A stretch of DNA of 64,000 bases from Myxococcales bacterium (GTDB taxonomy: Bacteria; Myxococcota_A; Polyangia; Polyangiales; DASUME01), in contig JASGJH010000001.1 in the NCBI GenBank assembly GCA_047601445.1, positions 4,000,001-4,064,000 on the forward strand, given 5' to 3'. A model generated the notes under the pieces. That model was not told where the DNA came from. It saw nothing but the letters and a program-made list of their open reading frames with translations, and did not search any database. How positions within the stretch are numbered: position 1 is the first letter of the stretch; every line of letters begins with the position of its first letter. Shown here in pieces: positions 18,771 through 28,462 of this stretch. A program made the translations under genes and the position numbers.

Positions 18771-20408
18771 TCAATACGTCACCCACTGACCGCGAATCTC
18801 GACATCGGATCCCGCACGTGCCGGCCAGACGATCAGCGCCTGACCCGGCACTCCCACTGCGAGCACAGGCTCCCCGCAGCCTTCCCAGGCATCGGGATTC
18901 GGAATGTCCGTTGCGATCGTGCGTGCGGCACTCGCCTGCCAGGCCGTTCCCTGCGGCGCGCCGTTGTAGCCGATCTCGATCTTTGTGCTGTTGATCTGGG
19001 TCCAGAGAGCAAGGCGCCCCCCTTGAGCATCGATATGCATGGCCAGGGATGCGGACGAGGCGACCTGCGATCCTGCAGGAGCGACGGGATCGACCGAGCT
19101 CCAGCTGCTCGTCATTGGATCGTACGTCGCGGAGCCCGGTTGACGCGAGCCGTGGATCAGCCAAAGCGCCGTCGCTCCGTTGCCCGGACCCGAGGCGAGC
19201 GTTGGGGAACTTCCCTCTGCGATCGCAGCCGTCGCCGGCCGCTCAGGCGTAGACCAGACGCCGTCGTTGCTGCGGTTGGTCCATAGGTTGTTGGGCGTGC
19301 CCTCCACGTACTGTTGCCACAGCGTGAGCACGTCGTCTCCGATCTCGGCAATGGCGAGCGCGAGGGGAGACTCAGGGCCCAGCTGCTTGTTCCCGACGAC
19401 GACGGGCGCCCGCCAAGTCCCGCTCGCCACGTCCAAGCTCGCGGCGACAACTGGCTCGTACTGTTGGTCCTGTACCTCGGTCCACACCACGAATGTTTCG
19501 CCTCCGGGCGCCGTTCCCTGCACCCAGTGAGTAACGTCGTGGCCGTCCTGACTAATGGGCTGATAGGGCTCCCAGGTGGACGCCGCGGGCGTATAGCGGC
19601 TTGCAAGCAGTCGCACCGTGTAGTCGGTCGGTCCCGCGCCGGGTTTTGTCGACGACTCACTGTCGGCCCAAACCGCGACGATGCGACCCATCGCATCGGG
19701 TGGGCTCACCTGCAATGGTCCGGAGAACTGGTTTTGCGCGACGAGTTGCGCGTCGTGCCACTTCCCCATCGTCCACGTACGGGCCCACAAGGTCAGCAGC
19801 TGGGTCCAGAAGACCGCGACGGTGCCCTCGTCGTCGATGACGACGCGCGGGTAGGACTCGTCCGTGGTGCTGGCCGGATCGGAGACGAGCTCCGGCGCAA
19901 GCCACTGGTGTTGCTGGCCATCGAAACGGCTCATCCATATCTGGTCGATCGGTGGATCGGAAGAGGCCTTCTGGAGCCAGACCACCGCCGCATCACCGTG
20001 TCGATTGACGGCAACCTGTGGATCGTGACCGCTCGACACGAGTTGGAACGACGCGCTCGGCAGCGTGCCGGCATCATTCTCATGGACCCCAGAGTCTTGG
20101 CGCCCGACCGTCGCGTCCGAGTCTGAGCTCGCGTCGGAGGCCACGTCTGCGTCGTTGCCGGCGTCGCCCGAGGTTGTCGGTCCGTCGCCCCTCGGCATCT
20201 CACCCGGGTCCACGCTCGACGCATCGCCCGCATCCATGTCCGACGCATCGCCCGCGTCCATGTCCGACGCATCGCCCGCGTCGGCGCGCCTCCGATACTC
20301 CTCGAAATGCACGCCGAGCAGGGACTCACAACCGGTGCAACAGAGGAGCGCCACGAGCAGCCAGCTGCGGTAGTTCAGCGAGCGTTCCACGCGAATGGGC
20401 AAAAGCAT
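18771..20408 (-). CDS. Lipoprotein with repeated beta-strand (propeller-like) domain
   Basis: CCTGCESLLG lipobox typical of myxobacterial kinase clusters; repeats PQVAVNRHGDAAVVW, PRVVIDDEGTVAVFW. Confidence 0.75.
   Translation of the reverse strand: MLLPIRVERSLNYRSWLLVALLCCTGCESLLGVHFEEYRRRADAGDASDMDAGDASDMDAGDASSVDPGEMPRGDGPTTSGDAGNDADVASDASSDSDATVGRQDSGVHENDAGTLPSASFQLVSSGHDPQVAVNRHGDAAVVWLQKASSDPPIDQIWMSRFDGQQHQWLAPELVSDPASTTDESYPRVVIDDEGTVAVFWTQLLTLWARTWTMGKWHDAQLVAQNQFSGPLQVSPPDAMGRIVAVWADSESSTKPGAGPTDYTVRLLASRYTPAASTWEPYQPISQDGHDVTHWVQGTAPGGETFVVWTEVQDQQYEPVVAASLDVASGTWRAPVVVGNKQLGPESPLALAIAEIGDDVLTLWQQYVEGTPNNLWTNRSNDGVWSTPERPATAAIAEGSSPTLASGPGNGATALWLIHGSRQPGSATYDPMTSSWSSVDPVAPAGSQVASSASLAMHIDAQGGRLALWTQINSTKIEIGYNGAPQGTAWQASAARTIATDIPNPDAWEGCGEPVLAVGVPGQALIVWPARAGSDVEIRGQWVTY
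20217..20282. repeat. 24-bp tandem repeat (about 2.7 copies) encoding DAGDASDM
   Basis: Unit CGACGCATCGCCCGC(A/G)TCCATGTC at 20217, 20241, 20265. Confidence 0.9.
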
Positions 20409-20418
20409 GGCGGGGCTC

Positions 20419-21945
20419 TCAACGTTTCGCGCTTCGACGCCGGACTTCGAGACCGTGCTTCGCGATCAGCCGGTGCAGCACGAAGCGATTCTTGAGGCCG
20501 AGCGCGCGAAACGCCTTGTCGAACGAGCCATTGTGCGCATCGAGCGCGGCCTGAATACGCCCCGGTGTGAGCTCGGCGACATCTGCGTCCGAGGGCGGGC
20601 CTGGCACGCAGTGTAGCGGGACGCTCGATGTGGAGGCGGGCGACGTCGTGGGCGCGTCGAGTGATGCATGGCCGTGCAACTTGAGCTCACCCCGACGAGT
20701 CTCCGTGACCGCCCGCCAAAGCAACGCCTCGAGCTCGCGCACGTGGGCGGTGTACGGGTGGCGCACGAGTGTCGCCATCAGCTCGAGTGAGACCGCGGGT
20801 GCGAGCCGCAGGTCCCCGCTCGGAAAGGCGCGCTCGCGTACGAACGCGTCGCGCTCTGCCATCCTGCGCAAGAGCTGATGAGCCACGAGCGGAACGTCCT
20901 CGCGGTGCGCGCCGAGGTCGGGCGTCTCGATGCGTAGCTTGAGGCGCGCCAGCACGTCGTGCTTGAGTGCCGCCGGGGGCCGATTGGTGGCGCCGACCAG
21001 TCGGAACGACGAAGTGCGCACTTTGGTGTCGCCGAGCCGCTGGTACTCACCGGCATCGAGCACGCGAAGAAGATGCGCCTGCAAAGCGAGCGGCAGCTCG
21101 GCGATCTCGTCGAAAAATAGCGTCCCACCGTCGGCTTCGCCCACGAGACCGGGTCGCTCGGCCATGCCCGAGTTTGGGTAGTTCTTGGCATTGCCGAACA
21201 ACTCGGCGTCCACGAGGGTGTCCGGAATGGTCGCCGCATTGCGCGACACGAGCGGCTTGCTCCCGCGGGCGGAGAGCGCGTGCAGCGCGCGTGCGACAAG
21301 CTCCTTACCGGTGCCGCTCGAGCCGCACACGAGCACATGCTCGACGCGGGCCGCTGCGAAGGCGAGCTGCTCGCGCAGGCGGTGTATGGCGGGCGCCTCG
21401 CCGATGATGCCAACTGCGTCGGGCTCACCGAACTCGCCGAATTGGTAAGACGTACTGAATGACGCGAGCCGAACGGGTCGCCGCGCGCACCAGAGGAGCA
21501 GTTGCTGGCCCACCTGAAGTAGATCACCCGCCCGGACCTGTACGAGCGACGCCACGGGCGTGCCATTGTGCCACAACGGACAGCGCCCAAGGTTCTCGAC
21601 TTCGAGCTGCTCCGAACCGCGCACGGTCAGCTTGAGCTGCTCGCGAGAGAGTTGAGGTGAGCTGAGCGCCGGCAGCGCTACGCTGCCACCTGGCCGCTGC
21701 TGCACGAATGAGACCCGATGGATCCGTTCGGTTCGAAGTTCTCCCTCAGCGGTGCGAGCGGACGCCGACGGCGCCTCGCCTCGCCCGAGCAGAAAATGTC
21801 CGGAAGCCGTTGCAGGCAACAATGCGACCGAGCCCAGTCGCCAAGCCTCGCCGCGACAGTACACGACGACGAGCGCCAGCGCCTCGGGCGCATCACCGTG
21901 AGATGATCGCGAGCCGTCGTCTTCCGGTATCGTTGTAGCGTCCAT
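20419..21945 (-). CDS. FHA-domain sigma54-dependent (Fis family) activator with atypical GAFTGA loop
   Basis: FHA LGRG..SPQLSREQ..ENLG; Walker A GSSGTGKE; Walker B FFDEI; ELFGNAKNYPNSG instead of GAFTGA; C-terminal HTH. Confidence 0.88.
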   Translation of the reverse strand: MDATTIPEDDGSRSSHGDAPEALALVVVYCRGEAWRLGSVALLPATASGHFLLGRGEAPSASARTAEGELRTERIHRVSFVQQRPGGSVALPALSSPQLSREQLKLTVRGSEQLEVENLGRCPLWHNGTPVASLVQVRAGDLLQVGQQLLLWCARRPVRLASFSTSYQFGEFGEPDAVGIIGEAPAIHRLREQLAFAAARVEHVLVCGSSGTGKELVARALHALSARGSKPLVSRNAATIPDTLVDAELFGNAKNYPNSGMAERPGLVGEADGGTLFFDEIAELPLALQAHLLRVLDAGEYQRLGDTKVRTSSFRLVGATNRPPAALKHDVLARLKLRIETPDLGAHREDVPLVAHQLLRRMAERDAFVRERAFPSGDLRLAPAVSLELMATLVRHPYTAHVRELEALLWRAVTETRRGELKLHGHASLDAPTTSPASTSSVPLHCVPGPPSDADVAELTPGRIQAALDAHNGSFDKAFRALGLKNRFVLHRLIAKHGLEVRRRSAKR

Positions 21946-22082
21946 GGACAAGTGCAATGTGCCAGAAGGGGTGAGCGTAACTATATACCGCGAGAGCCTG
22001 TAAAGCTTGCCTCGGTACACCAGATCGTGGGTAAGTGAGGGGCGTCTTTCCCGTCCCATTCAATGCTTGGCACTGAGTCCGT

Positions 22083-23576
22083 ATGACGTCGTCGCTCGAC
22101 CTCGCCGCCTCCGCGAATCCCTCCGCCATGCTCGGCCGCGTGCTGTGCAACAAGTGGCGTCTCGTCAGGGTGCTGGGCACGGGCGGCATGGGCAGTGTAT
22201 TCGAGGCGGTCCACCGGAATGGCAAGCGCGTGGCCGTCAAGGTGCTGCACCGCGAGTTGTGCGCGAACCGGCGGATTCGAGAGCGCTTCGCGCGCGAGGG
22301 CTACATCGCCAATCAGGTGAACCATCCGAGTGCAGTCGCGGTGCTCGACGACGACGTCCATGACGATGGGACGGTCTTTCTGGTGATGGAACTTCTGCAG
22401 GGCGAGACGCTCGCACAAAGGGCGCGGCGGCACGGCGGAACGCTGCCGCTCGAAGAGCTCCTCGCGGTCGGAGCGCAAGTGCTCGACGTGCTCGCGGCGG
22501 CACACCGGCGCGGCATCGTGCACCGGGACGTGAAGCCGGACAACATCTACTTGGTCGAGAATTCCGTGGTTAAGCTGCTCGACTTCGGCATCGCACGGGT
22601 ACGCGACGCCGCCGAAATCGGGCTCGATGCTACGCGCGCGGGCGCGACACTAGGTACGCCCGGCTTCATGGCGCCGGAGCAAGCGCGCGCCCGCTCCGAC
22701 CAAATCGATGCGCGCAGCGATTTGTGGTCGCTCGGGGCGTGCTTGTTCACCCTGCTCTCGGGGGAACGCGTGCATCGAGGGGTGAGCGGGAACGAAGTCC
22801 TGATCGCGACAGCGACCCTGGCGGCTCCGACCCTCGCGAGCGTCGTGCCGGACGCCCCGCCCGCCGTCTGCGCACTTGTGGACCGGGTTCTACAGCTCGA
22901 CCGCGACGCGCGCTTCGCGAACGCAGCCGAGATGCAAGCGGCCTTGCGTGCGGTGTGGCGCGAACTGGGTTTCCCGGACGAGCCTGAAGCATTCCGGCTC
23001 GTGCTACCGCGCGAAAACCCCACGACGCTTCCCGAATTGCCGGCCCACGACGATCTTGCGGTGGCCAGCCTCGTTCAATCGCGCGCTCAAGAGCGTGCTT
23101 CTGCCAGCACGCCTGCCAGTCTAGCGCAGCGTCCGCCGCGGGGTCGCGGTGCACTTCTTCGGGGCGCGCTCGCGCTGCTCGGCGTGCTCGCCGTCGTGGC
23201 TTCGCTCGCTGCGCTCGACCGGCGCCCACACAGCCAGGGCGGGCAGGCAGCGCCTGCGGCGACGAGCCTCGCAGTGTCACCACACGAATCGTTCGTGAAG
23301 CCGGCCGACGATACGCCGCGAGCAGACGACACGCGAAAGCCCGACGCCGCGCCCCTGCGGGCGGTCATCGCTCCCGACACTCTTGACGCGAACCGAGCGT
23401 CGAGCGACAAGGCCGTGGCGCGGCGCGCGCGTCAGGTCACGAAGAAGGTAGTGTCCGCCCAGGACGCGAGCGCGGCGGACATCGCCCAGGAGCCGGCTGC
23501 GCCGCCAAGCCTCCCGTCAGCCAGTGAGGCGACGCCGCCCATGACCCGCCCCGACTTCCTCGATCGACGCGAATAG
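22083..23576 (+). CDS. Serine/threonine protein kinase (Hanks type) with TM segment
   Basis: LGTGGMGSV, VAVK, HRDVKPDN, DFG, GTPGFMAPEQ, DLWSLG. Confidence 0.96.
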   Translation: MTSSLDLAASANPSAMLGRVLCNKWRLVRVLGTGGMGSVFEAVHRNGKRVAVKVLHRELCANRRIRERFAREGYIANQVNHPSAVAVLDDDVHDDGTVFLVMELLQGETLAQRARRHGGTLPLEELLAVGAQVLDVLAAAHRRGIVHRDVKPDNIYLVENSVVKLLDFGIARVRDAAEIGLDATRAGATLGTPGFMAPEQARARSDQIDARSDLWSLGACLFTLLSGERVHRGVSGNEVLIATATLAAPTLASVVPDAPPAVCALVDRVLQLDRDARFANAAEMQAALRAVWRELGFPDEPEAFRLVLPRENPTTLPELPAHDDLAVASLVQSRAQERASASTPASLAQRPPRGRGALLRGALALLGVLAVVASLAALDRRPHSQGGQAAPAATSLAVSPHESFVKPADDTPRADDTRKPDAAPLRAVIAPDTLDANRASSDKAVARRARQVTKKVVSAQDASAADIAQEPAAPPSLPSASEATPPMTRPDFLDRRE

Positions 23577-23581
23577 AGCCG

Positions 23582-24511
23582 ATGACACGACTGAATTTCG
23601 CCTTGATGGTTGGCCTCCTTCTCGCGCTCGCGTCGCACGCATTTGCGCAGGGCGCGAGCGACGCGGACTATTGGTTCCGCGAAGGGCGCGCCGCGCACAA
23701 GCGCGGAGACAGCGCTCTCGCCTGCGAGATGTTCGGGCGCAGCTTCGCGGTTCAGCCCGCGCTCGGCACGCTGCTCAACCTCGCGGTGTGCGAGCAGGAG
23801 CTCGGTCGCGCCGTGGAGGCATCTCGCTCGTTCTCGGAGTTCTTGCGGCGCGCAGCGCCGGACGACGACCGTCGCCCGTTTGCGACCGCGCAGCGCGATG
23901 CGGTGAACGCGAGCCTCGGCGCGCTACGCATCGAGCTAGCCGAGAGCGCCGGGGGCTCGGTGTTTATCGACGGCGCTGAGGTCGGTCACAACGCGCTCGC
24001 GGAGCCGGTGTGGGTCGAGCCCGGCGTACACCACCTCGAATTACGCAAGCAAGACACCTCGGTTTGGTCTGCGGACGCGCTGGCTGTTCAAAGCAAGCTG
24101 GCAGTCGTGCGCGTCCCCAACGCCGCCCTCGCGGGCGCACTGAGCGCCTCCGCTACGACCACTTCCGAGCACGCGAACGGCGGTGGTCGCGCGCGCAGGC
24201 GCAAGCTCGCGGTGCTCGTCACAGGCGGCGTCGGGGCCGCAGCGATGATCGCCGGCGCGGTCACCGGCGGTCTAGCCCTCGGCGACAAGCACACGGTGCA
24301 TGACGAGTGCGATGCAGAGCGCACGTGCTCCACGAAGGGGGCGCGCGCGGCACACAACGGCCACGCGTTCGCGACCGCTTCCACCGCGGCCTTTACAGTG
24401 GGTGGCGCCTCGCTCGCATCGGCAGGGCTGGTGTTCTGGCTGGGCGGCGTACGCGAGCAACTGTCGCACGCGCTCGACGGCTTTACGGCGGGTGTGCGCG
24501 GCAGGTTTTGA
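23582..24511 (+). CDS. Secreted TPR + PEGA domain protein
   Basis: Signal peptide; GTLLNLAVCEQELG TPR; VFIDG..VWVEPGVHHLE PEGA; hydrophobic C-terminus ending GRF. Confidence 0.85.
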   Translation: MTRLNFALMVGLLLALASHAFAQGASDADYWFREGRAAHKRGDSALACEMFGRSFAVQPALGTLLNLAVCEQELGRAVEASRSFSEFLRRAAPDDDRRPFATAQRDAVNASLGALRIELAESAGGSVFIDGAEVGHNALAEPVWVEPGVHHLELRKQDTSVWSADALAVQSKLAVVRVPNAALAGALSASATTTSEHANGGGRARRRKLAVLVTGGVGAAAMIAGAVTGGLALGDKHTVHDECDAERTCSTKGARAAHNGHAFATASTAAFTVGGASLASAGLVFWLGGVREQLSHALDGFTAGVRGRF

Positions 24512-24698
24512 AGGGGCCCCCCTCTGCCGGCTGCCACCTCCAAGGGGTGAGCCCCCTGTTCGGGCGCTGTCGCTGCGTCGTGTGCCGCGCACCGCGGTGC
24601 GCACATCGGTGCGCGCGCGGTACCGCAGGAGGCCCCCAGAGCACACGCGGACGAGCCGTCGTGCGCCAGCAAAAGCGAATCTGGCACGTCCATTCCGG

Positions 24699-24714
24699 TG
24701 GCCTGCCAGTTGCA
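24699..24714 (+). promoter_or_regulatory. Candidate sigma54 -24/-12 promoter
   Basis: TGGCCTGCCAGTTGCA (GG-N10-GC with TTGCA) just upstream of the LuxR pair. Confidence 0.5.
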
Positions 24715-24728
24715 ACCCGCCGCTCGGC

Positions 24729-25139
24729 ATGGAATCGCCCATTCGCCGCTGGCCCCCTCGACAACCGCCTCGTGATTTGGCTGCACCCGGAGCGACCGCT
24801 GTAAATCCCATCAAGCCCACGGAACCGTTGCCCCCTCCCGGCCTACGCATGACCCACATCGAAGGTCAGGACGCCCGGCTCGTCGTGATCAGCTTTCCAC
24901 TCGAGCGCGAGCTTCCCAACTTGGACGCGCTCACCGCCGCCGAGCAGGACGTTGCAAAGTCAGCAGCCCGGGGACTGAGCAACAAAGCGATCGCGCAGGC
25001 ACGAGGGACCTCCGAGTACACTGTTTCCAAACAGCTCGCCTCGATCTATCGCAAGCTCGGCGTCGACTCACGACGACAGCTGCGGATGCTGGCAAGCACC
25101 GCTGAGGCCGTGGAGCACGCGGGAGGCGAGCTCTCGTGA
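24729..25139 (+). CDS. Small LuxR-type HTH regulator
   Basis: LTAAEQDVA..GLSNKAIAQARGTSEYTVSKQLASIYRKLGVDSR; start could be 24729 or 24849. Confidence 0.85.
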   Translation: MESPIRRWPPRQPPRDLAAPGATAVNPIKPTEPLPPPGLRMTHIEGQDARLVVISFPLERELPNLDALTAAEQDVAKSAARGLSNKAIAQARGTSEYTVSKQLASIYRKLGVDSRRQLRMLASTAEAVEHAGGELS

Positions 25140-26107
25140 CGGACCCAGTGCGGATCATCGAGACCGCGTACGACTTGGACGCCGACGACGACACCCTGTG
25201 GCTCGCGCGCCTCTCTCGAGAGGTTCGCCGTGACCTGGAGCCAGCCGGGCCCCCGTTTCTCGCCTGGACCTATCTCGTCGACCGAACCGGGTATGTGCAC
25301 CTGCAGGCGGTCGCCCACGAAGGCATCGGCGACGTCGGCAGCCGCACGCTCAGCGTGGACTTGGACTCGGCGGGGCAGGACCTACTGGCCGGGTTCCACT
25401 TGCGTGCAGGGATCCACTACGTGACTCGCGCGCTCCATGCACCTCAGGGAAGTCCGCTCGCCCTCTACTGCGATCGCTCGTTCGAGGCGCTCGGCGCGTC
25501 GGACATGCTGGCCGTGGTTTCGGTGGACCCGAGTCGTCACGGCTGCATCATCGGCTTGCTCCAGAAGGCGAGCGGGGACATCCATCCGCTGGTGCGCCAA
25601 CGGTGGCAGCGGCTGGGAACGCACATTGCGGCGGCCTATCGTCTGCGCCAAAAGCTCGCAGGACGCACACGTTTCAGTGCGCGAATGGAGCAAGCGGAAG
25701 CCATTCTCGAGGCTAGCGGCAAGGTGAGCCACGCCGCGGGGCCCGCAACCTTACGCGGCCCTCGAGACCAGCTTCGTGCCGCGGTGCGCGCCATGGAACG
25801 AGCCCGTGGACCGCTGCGCGCCGAGAACTCGGAAGAGGCGCTCGACGCGTGGCAGGGGCTGGTCGCCGGACGCTGGAGCCTCGTCGATGTCTTCGACACG
25901 GATGGACGCCGCTACGTGGTGGCCCATCGCAATGACCCGGAGGTCACCGACCCTCGCGGGCTCACTCCTCGCGAACGCCAGGTCCTCGGCTACGCGGACC
26001 TGGGACGCTCGAACAAGGAGATCGCCTACGAGCTGGGCTTGTCAGAGGCCACTGTGGCGGTTCACCTCCACCGCGCCTGCCTCAAGCTGGCGTCGCTGCG
26101 GTCCTAA
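25136..26107 (+). CDS. LuxR-type HTH regulator with N-terminal sensory (GAF-like) region
   Basis: LTPRERQVL..GRSNKEIAYELGLSEATVAVHL; GRWSLVDVFDTDGRRYVVA motif; GTGA overlap. Confidence 0.88.
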   Translation: MTDPVRIIETAYDLDADDDTLWLARLSREVRRDLEPAGPPFLAWTYLVDRTGYVHLQAVAHEGIGDVGSRTLSVDLDSAGQDLLAGFHLRAGIHYVTRALHAPQGSPLALYCDRSFEALGASDMLAVVSVDPSRHGCIIGLLQKASGDIHPLVRQRWQRLGTHIAAAYRLRQKLAGRTRFSARMEQAEAILEASGKVSHAAGPATLRGPRDQLRAAVRAMERARGPLRAENSEEALDAWQGLVAGRWSLVDVFDTDGRRYVVAHRNDPEVTDPRGLTPRERQVLGYADLGRSNKEIAYELGLSEATVAVHLHRACLKLASLRS

Positions 26108-27630
26108 AGGTTCTCGCACGCGATGACGGGGGCGTCGCCTGGGGCACTGTACACTTGGGCGTCGCAATCCCCGTTGGAAGCGTGCATGAGCAGCCCTTTG
26201 ATTTCATTGGGCACAAGCAGGGACAACACGTCTCCGGCGTTGGTTGCCACGTGGAAGTTGAACCGCACGCCATTGTTCTTCACGGCATCCCAAGCCGTCT
26301 CCAGCGCGGGGGCCCAACCATCGGACAACCAGGTGCTATCGCGGTCTGCCCCGCAGCAGGTCCCGGACACGGTGTCCTCTTGAGTCCAGACCAAATTCGT
26401 GCCGGCGGGAGGATTGGAGACGCTAACGTCGAACACGTAGTCGTCCGCCCAGAAGCCGTAGTCGTGCACCTGTCCCCGCCACACGAACCATCCGTTGCTC
26501 CAGACCGTGAGCCACGCCTGACCGTTCTCTTCCTGGATGTCGAAATAGTCCGAGGCGAACTCAAGCTTCTCGATCGCCGGCCAGATCAGGTTGGGGTACC
26601 AAGTTTGTCCCAGCGGCTTGTTCTGAAGCACGCACTTCGAGAGCACGGCCGGCGTGAGCGGATTGGGGCTCTCACCCTTCACGTCCGCGCAAAACTGCGG
26701 GAGATAGCCGCCGCCAAACCCGTTGGCCAGCATCGATCCGGCCAGAATCCACTTCTGCAGATCCGAGTTGTTGCACCCTTGAACCTGTAGTGCGGCATTC
26801 GACGCGCCGCTCGCTGCGCCGATGCAGTTGCCGGTGGTCGTCAACAAGTGATTGTTGGCGTCGAAGTGAAACCATTGTGCGTTGGTTCGGTTGCACTGGA
26901 AGTTGTCGAGCGGAGTCCCCGGCAGATTCTCGAAGTCGAGCCACACATCCAGGCACTGCAAGTTCGCATTCGCTGGACCGTGTGGCGGAGCATAGTAGGG
27001 ATGCGGCCCGGAGGGGTTCGTCGGGGCGCCGAGGCCGTTCACGAACATGAGGTTGAAGTCGATCGGCAAGAACGATTTGTTGCCGCCGTCCGAGCTCGCG
27101 CAATCCGCGATCGCGATCGGGGAGCCGTTGTCCCAATTCAAGTTGCTCACGCACTTGTCCAGGTGCTGCGCGGGCGTGAGGTGGCCGAAGTTCCACGTCC
27201 ACTCTTGAAGCGCTGTGCCGTTGCATTTGGCGAGCCACACCGCTTTCGTCGTCACGTCGGACTCGACGCAAAGGTCGCCCATCTTGAGGCGACCCTGCAC
27301 GCCGTCAGGGGCCGTGTTGTTCTTCGTCACCGCCAGGGTGAAACGATGGCTCGACGCGACGCCGCAATCACCCAACTTGAAGCTGGATCCCATGGCAGCA
27401 TTGGCGTTGGTGGGGACGATGCAGAGACCGTTGGGCGCCTGGAAGCGTCCTCCACCCGCCGAGGTCAACGCCGCTTCGGAGCCATGTACCTCGCCGTGCT
27501 CCGTAGCCGTCGGATCAGCCGAGTCTTCTCCCGTTTCGTCGGTCAGTCCATCCGCTTCCGCAAGTTCTCCGGCACACCCGGCCATGCCCATCGCGCCGAC
27601 GATGATGAGATCGAATAGTTTGTATCGCAT
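26104..27630 (-). CDS. Lipoprotein with ricin-B (QxW) lectin repeats and uncharacterised C-terminal domain
   Basis: MAGC lipobox; CNGTALQEW, CLDV, CNRTNAQWF, CNNSDLQKW, CADV, GQTW. Confidence 0.85.
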   Translation of the reverse strand: MRYKLFDLIIVGAMGMAGCAGELAEADGLTDETGEDSADPTATEHGEVHGSEAALTSAGGGRFQAPNGLCIVPTNANAAMGSSFKLGDCGVASSHRFTLAVTKNNTAPDGVQGRLKMGDLCVESDVTTKAVWLAKCNGTALQEWTWNFGHLTPAQHLDKCVSNLNWDNGSPIAIADCASSDGGNKSFLPIDFNLMFVNGLGAPTNPSGPHPYYAPPHGPANANLQCLDVWLDFENLPGTPLDNFQCNRTNAQWFHFDANNHLLTTTGNCIGAASGASNAALQVQGCNNSDLQKWILAGSMLANGFGGGYLPQFCADVKGESPNPLTPAVLSKCVLQNKPLGQTWYPNLIWPAIEKLEFASDYFDIQEENGQAWLTVWSNGWFVWRGQVHDYGFWADDYVFDVSVSNPPAGTNLVWTQEDTVSGTCCGADRDSTWLSDGWAPALETAWDAVKNNGVRFNFHVATNAGDVLSLLVPNEIKGLLMHASNGDCDAQVYSAPGDAPVIACENL

Positions 27631-27793
27631 ACTAGTTTCGCCTTCGGTGAAGAGTGGAAGAGCCGCGCAGCTGCCATCACGAGCAGCCACGCAATCCATC
27701 CCAGCCCTATCACCGCCTGCGCGGGTCGCTCCATGGCAACCTCCTTTAGTCGTTGCTCCGGCGCACTCGGGCCGCGCAGCCGCGCATTCGCCT

Positions 27794-28184
27794 AAAGGAA
27801 GTGTCCATGACTACGGATTCTTCTCCGATTTCTACTTGATGACGGTTACCCTCGCGACGCCCCCGGCGGGGACGCACGTCGCCTGGACGCAGGAAGACAC
27901 TGTATTCGGGACATGCCGTGCAGGCTCGCGTGACAGCACGCGGTACGCAAAGGGATTGAACCCGGAGCTCGTCCCGGTGTGGAACGCCTTGAAGAGCGGC
28001 GGCCTGAATTTCAACTTTCATGCAGCGACCAACTTCGGAAGCGTCATTCCTGGCCATCGATCTCGGCGTAGCGGCGACTTCATCGCTGACCGGGGCCAAG
28101 GCAAGCCATGGAGACTGCAATACGAGCGTGCATTCGGATGGCAAGGGAGGCGGAGGAATCGAAGTTGGGTGTCCATTGAACTAG
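27794..28184 (+). pseudogene. Orphan, frameshifted paralog of the ricin lipoprotein C-terminal domain (inverted)
   Basis: KGSVHDYGF..PPAGTHVAWTQEDTVFGTC..RDST..FNFHAATN, then after a shift near 28050 ..ASHGDCNTSVHS..GCPLN*; aligns with RGQVHDYGF..PPAGTNLVWTQEDTVSGTC..RDST..FNFHVATN..ASNGDC..ACENL. Confidence 0.85.
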
Positions 28185-28462
28185 GCCGCACGCTTCTGGC
28201 GAGCTGGCTTCGCGTCCCCTCTTCCGCTTCGGGCGCGGGGCGAGTACGAGCGCGAAGACCAGGTCCCCTCGGCGGGGCAAAACACCTCGTCGAGGAAGCA
28301 GCGCACGCGGCGCGTGCTCTCGGTCTCCGGACCTGATCTCGCGCTGTTCGCGCCTCCTCGCACGCTCTCGAGAACGGCGTAAGCGGCTCTCCACGCGTGC
28401 ACGCTGCGGGAACGCTCCTTGCGTTCGAGTGGCCCAGGCAAACCCGTCGCGAGGAGACCACG

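Noticed and set aside
22068..22083. Sigma54 promoter TGGCAC before the kinase
   Set aside because: The -12 position reads GT rather than GC and it abuts the start codon
27794..28184. Diversity-generating retroelement template repeat for the ricin gene
   Set aside because: DNA divergence is high and not adenine-specific, and no reverse transcriptase is present in the window
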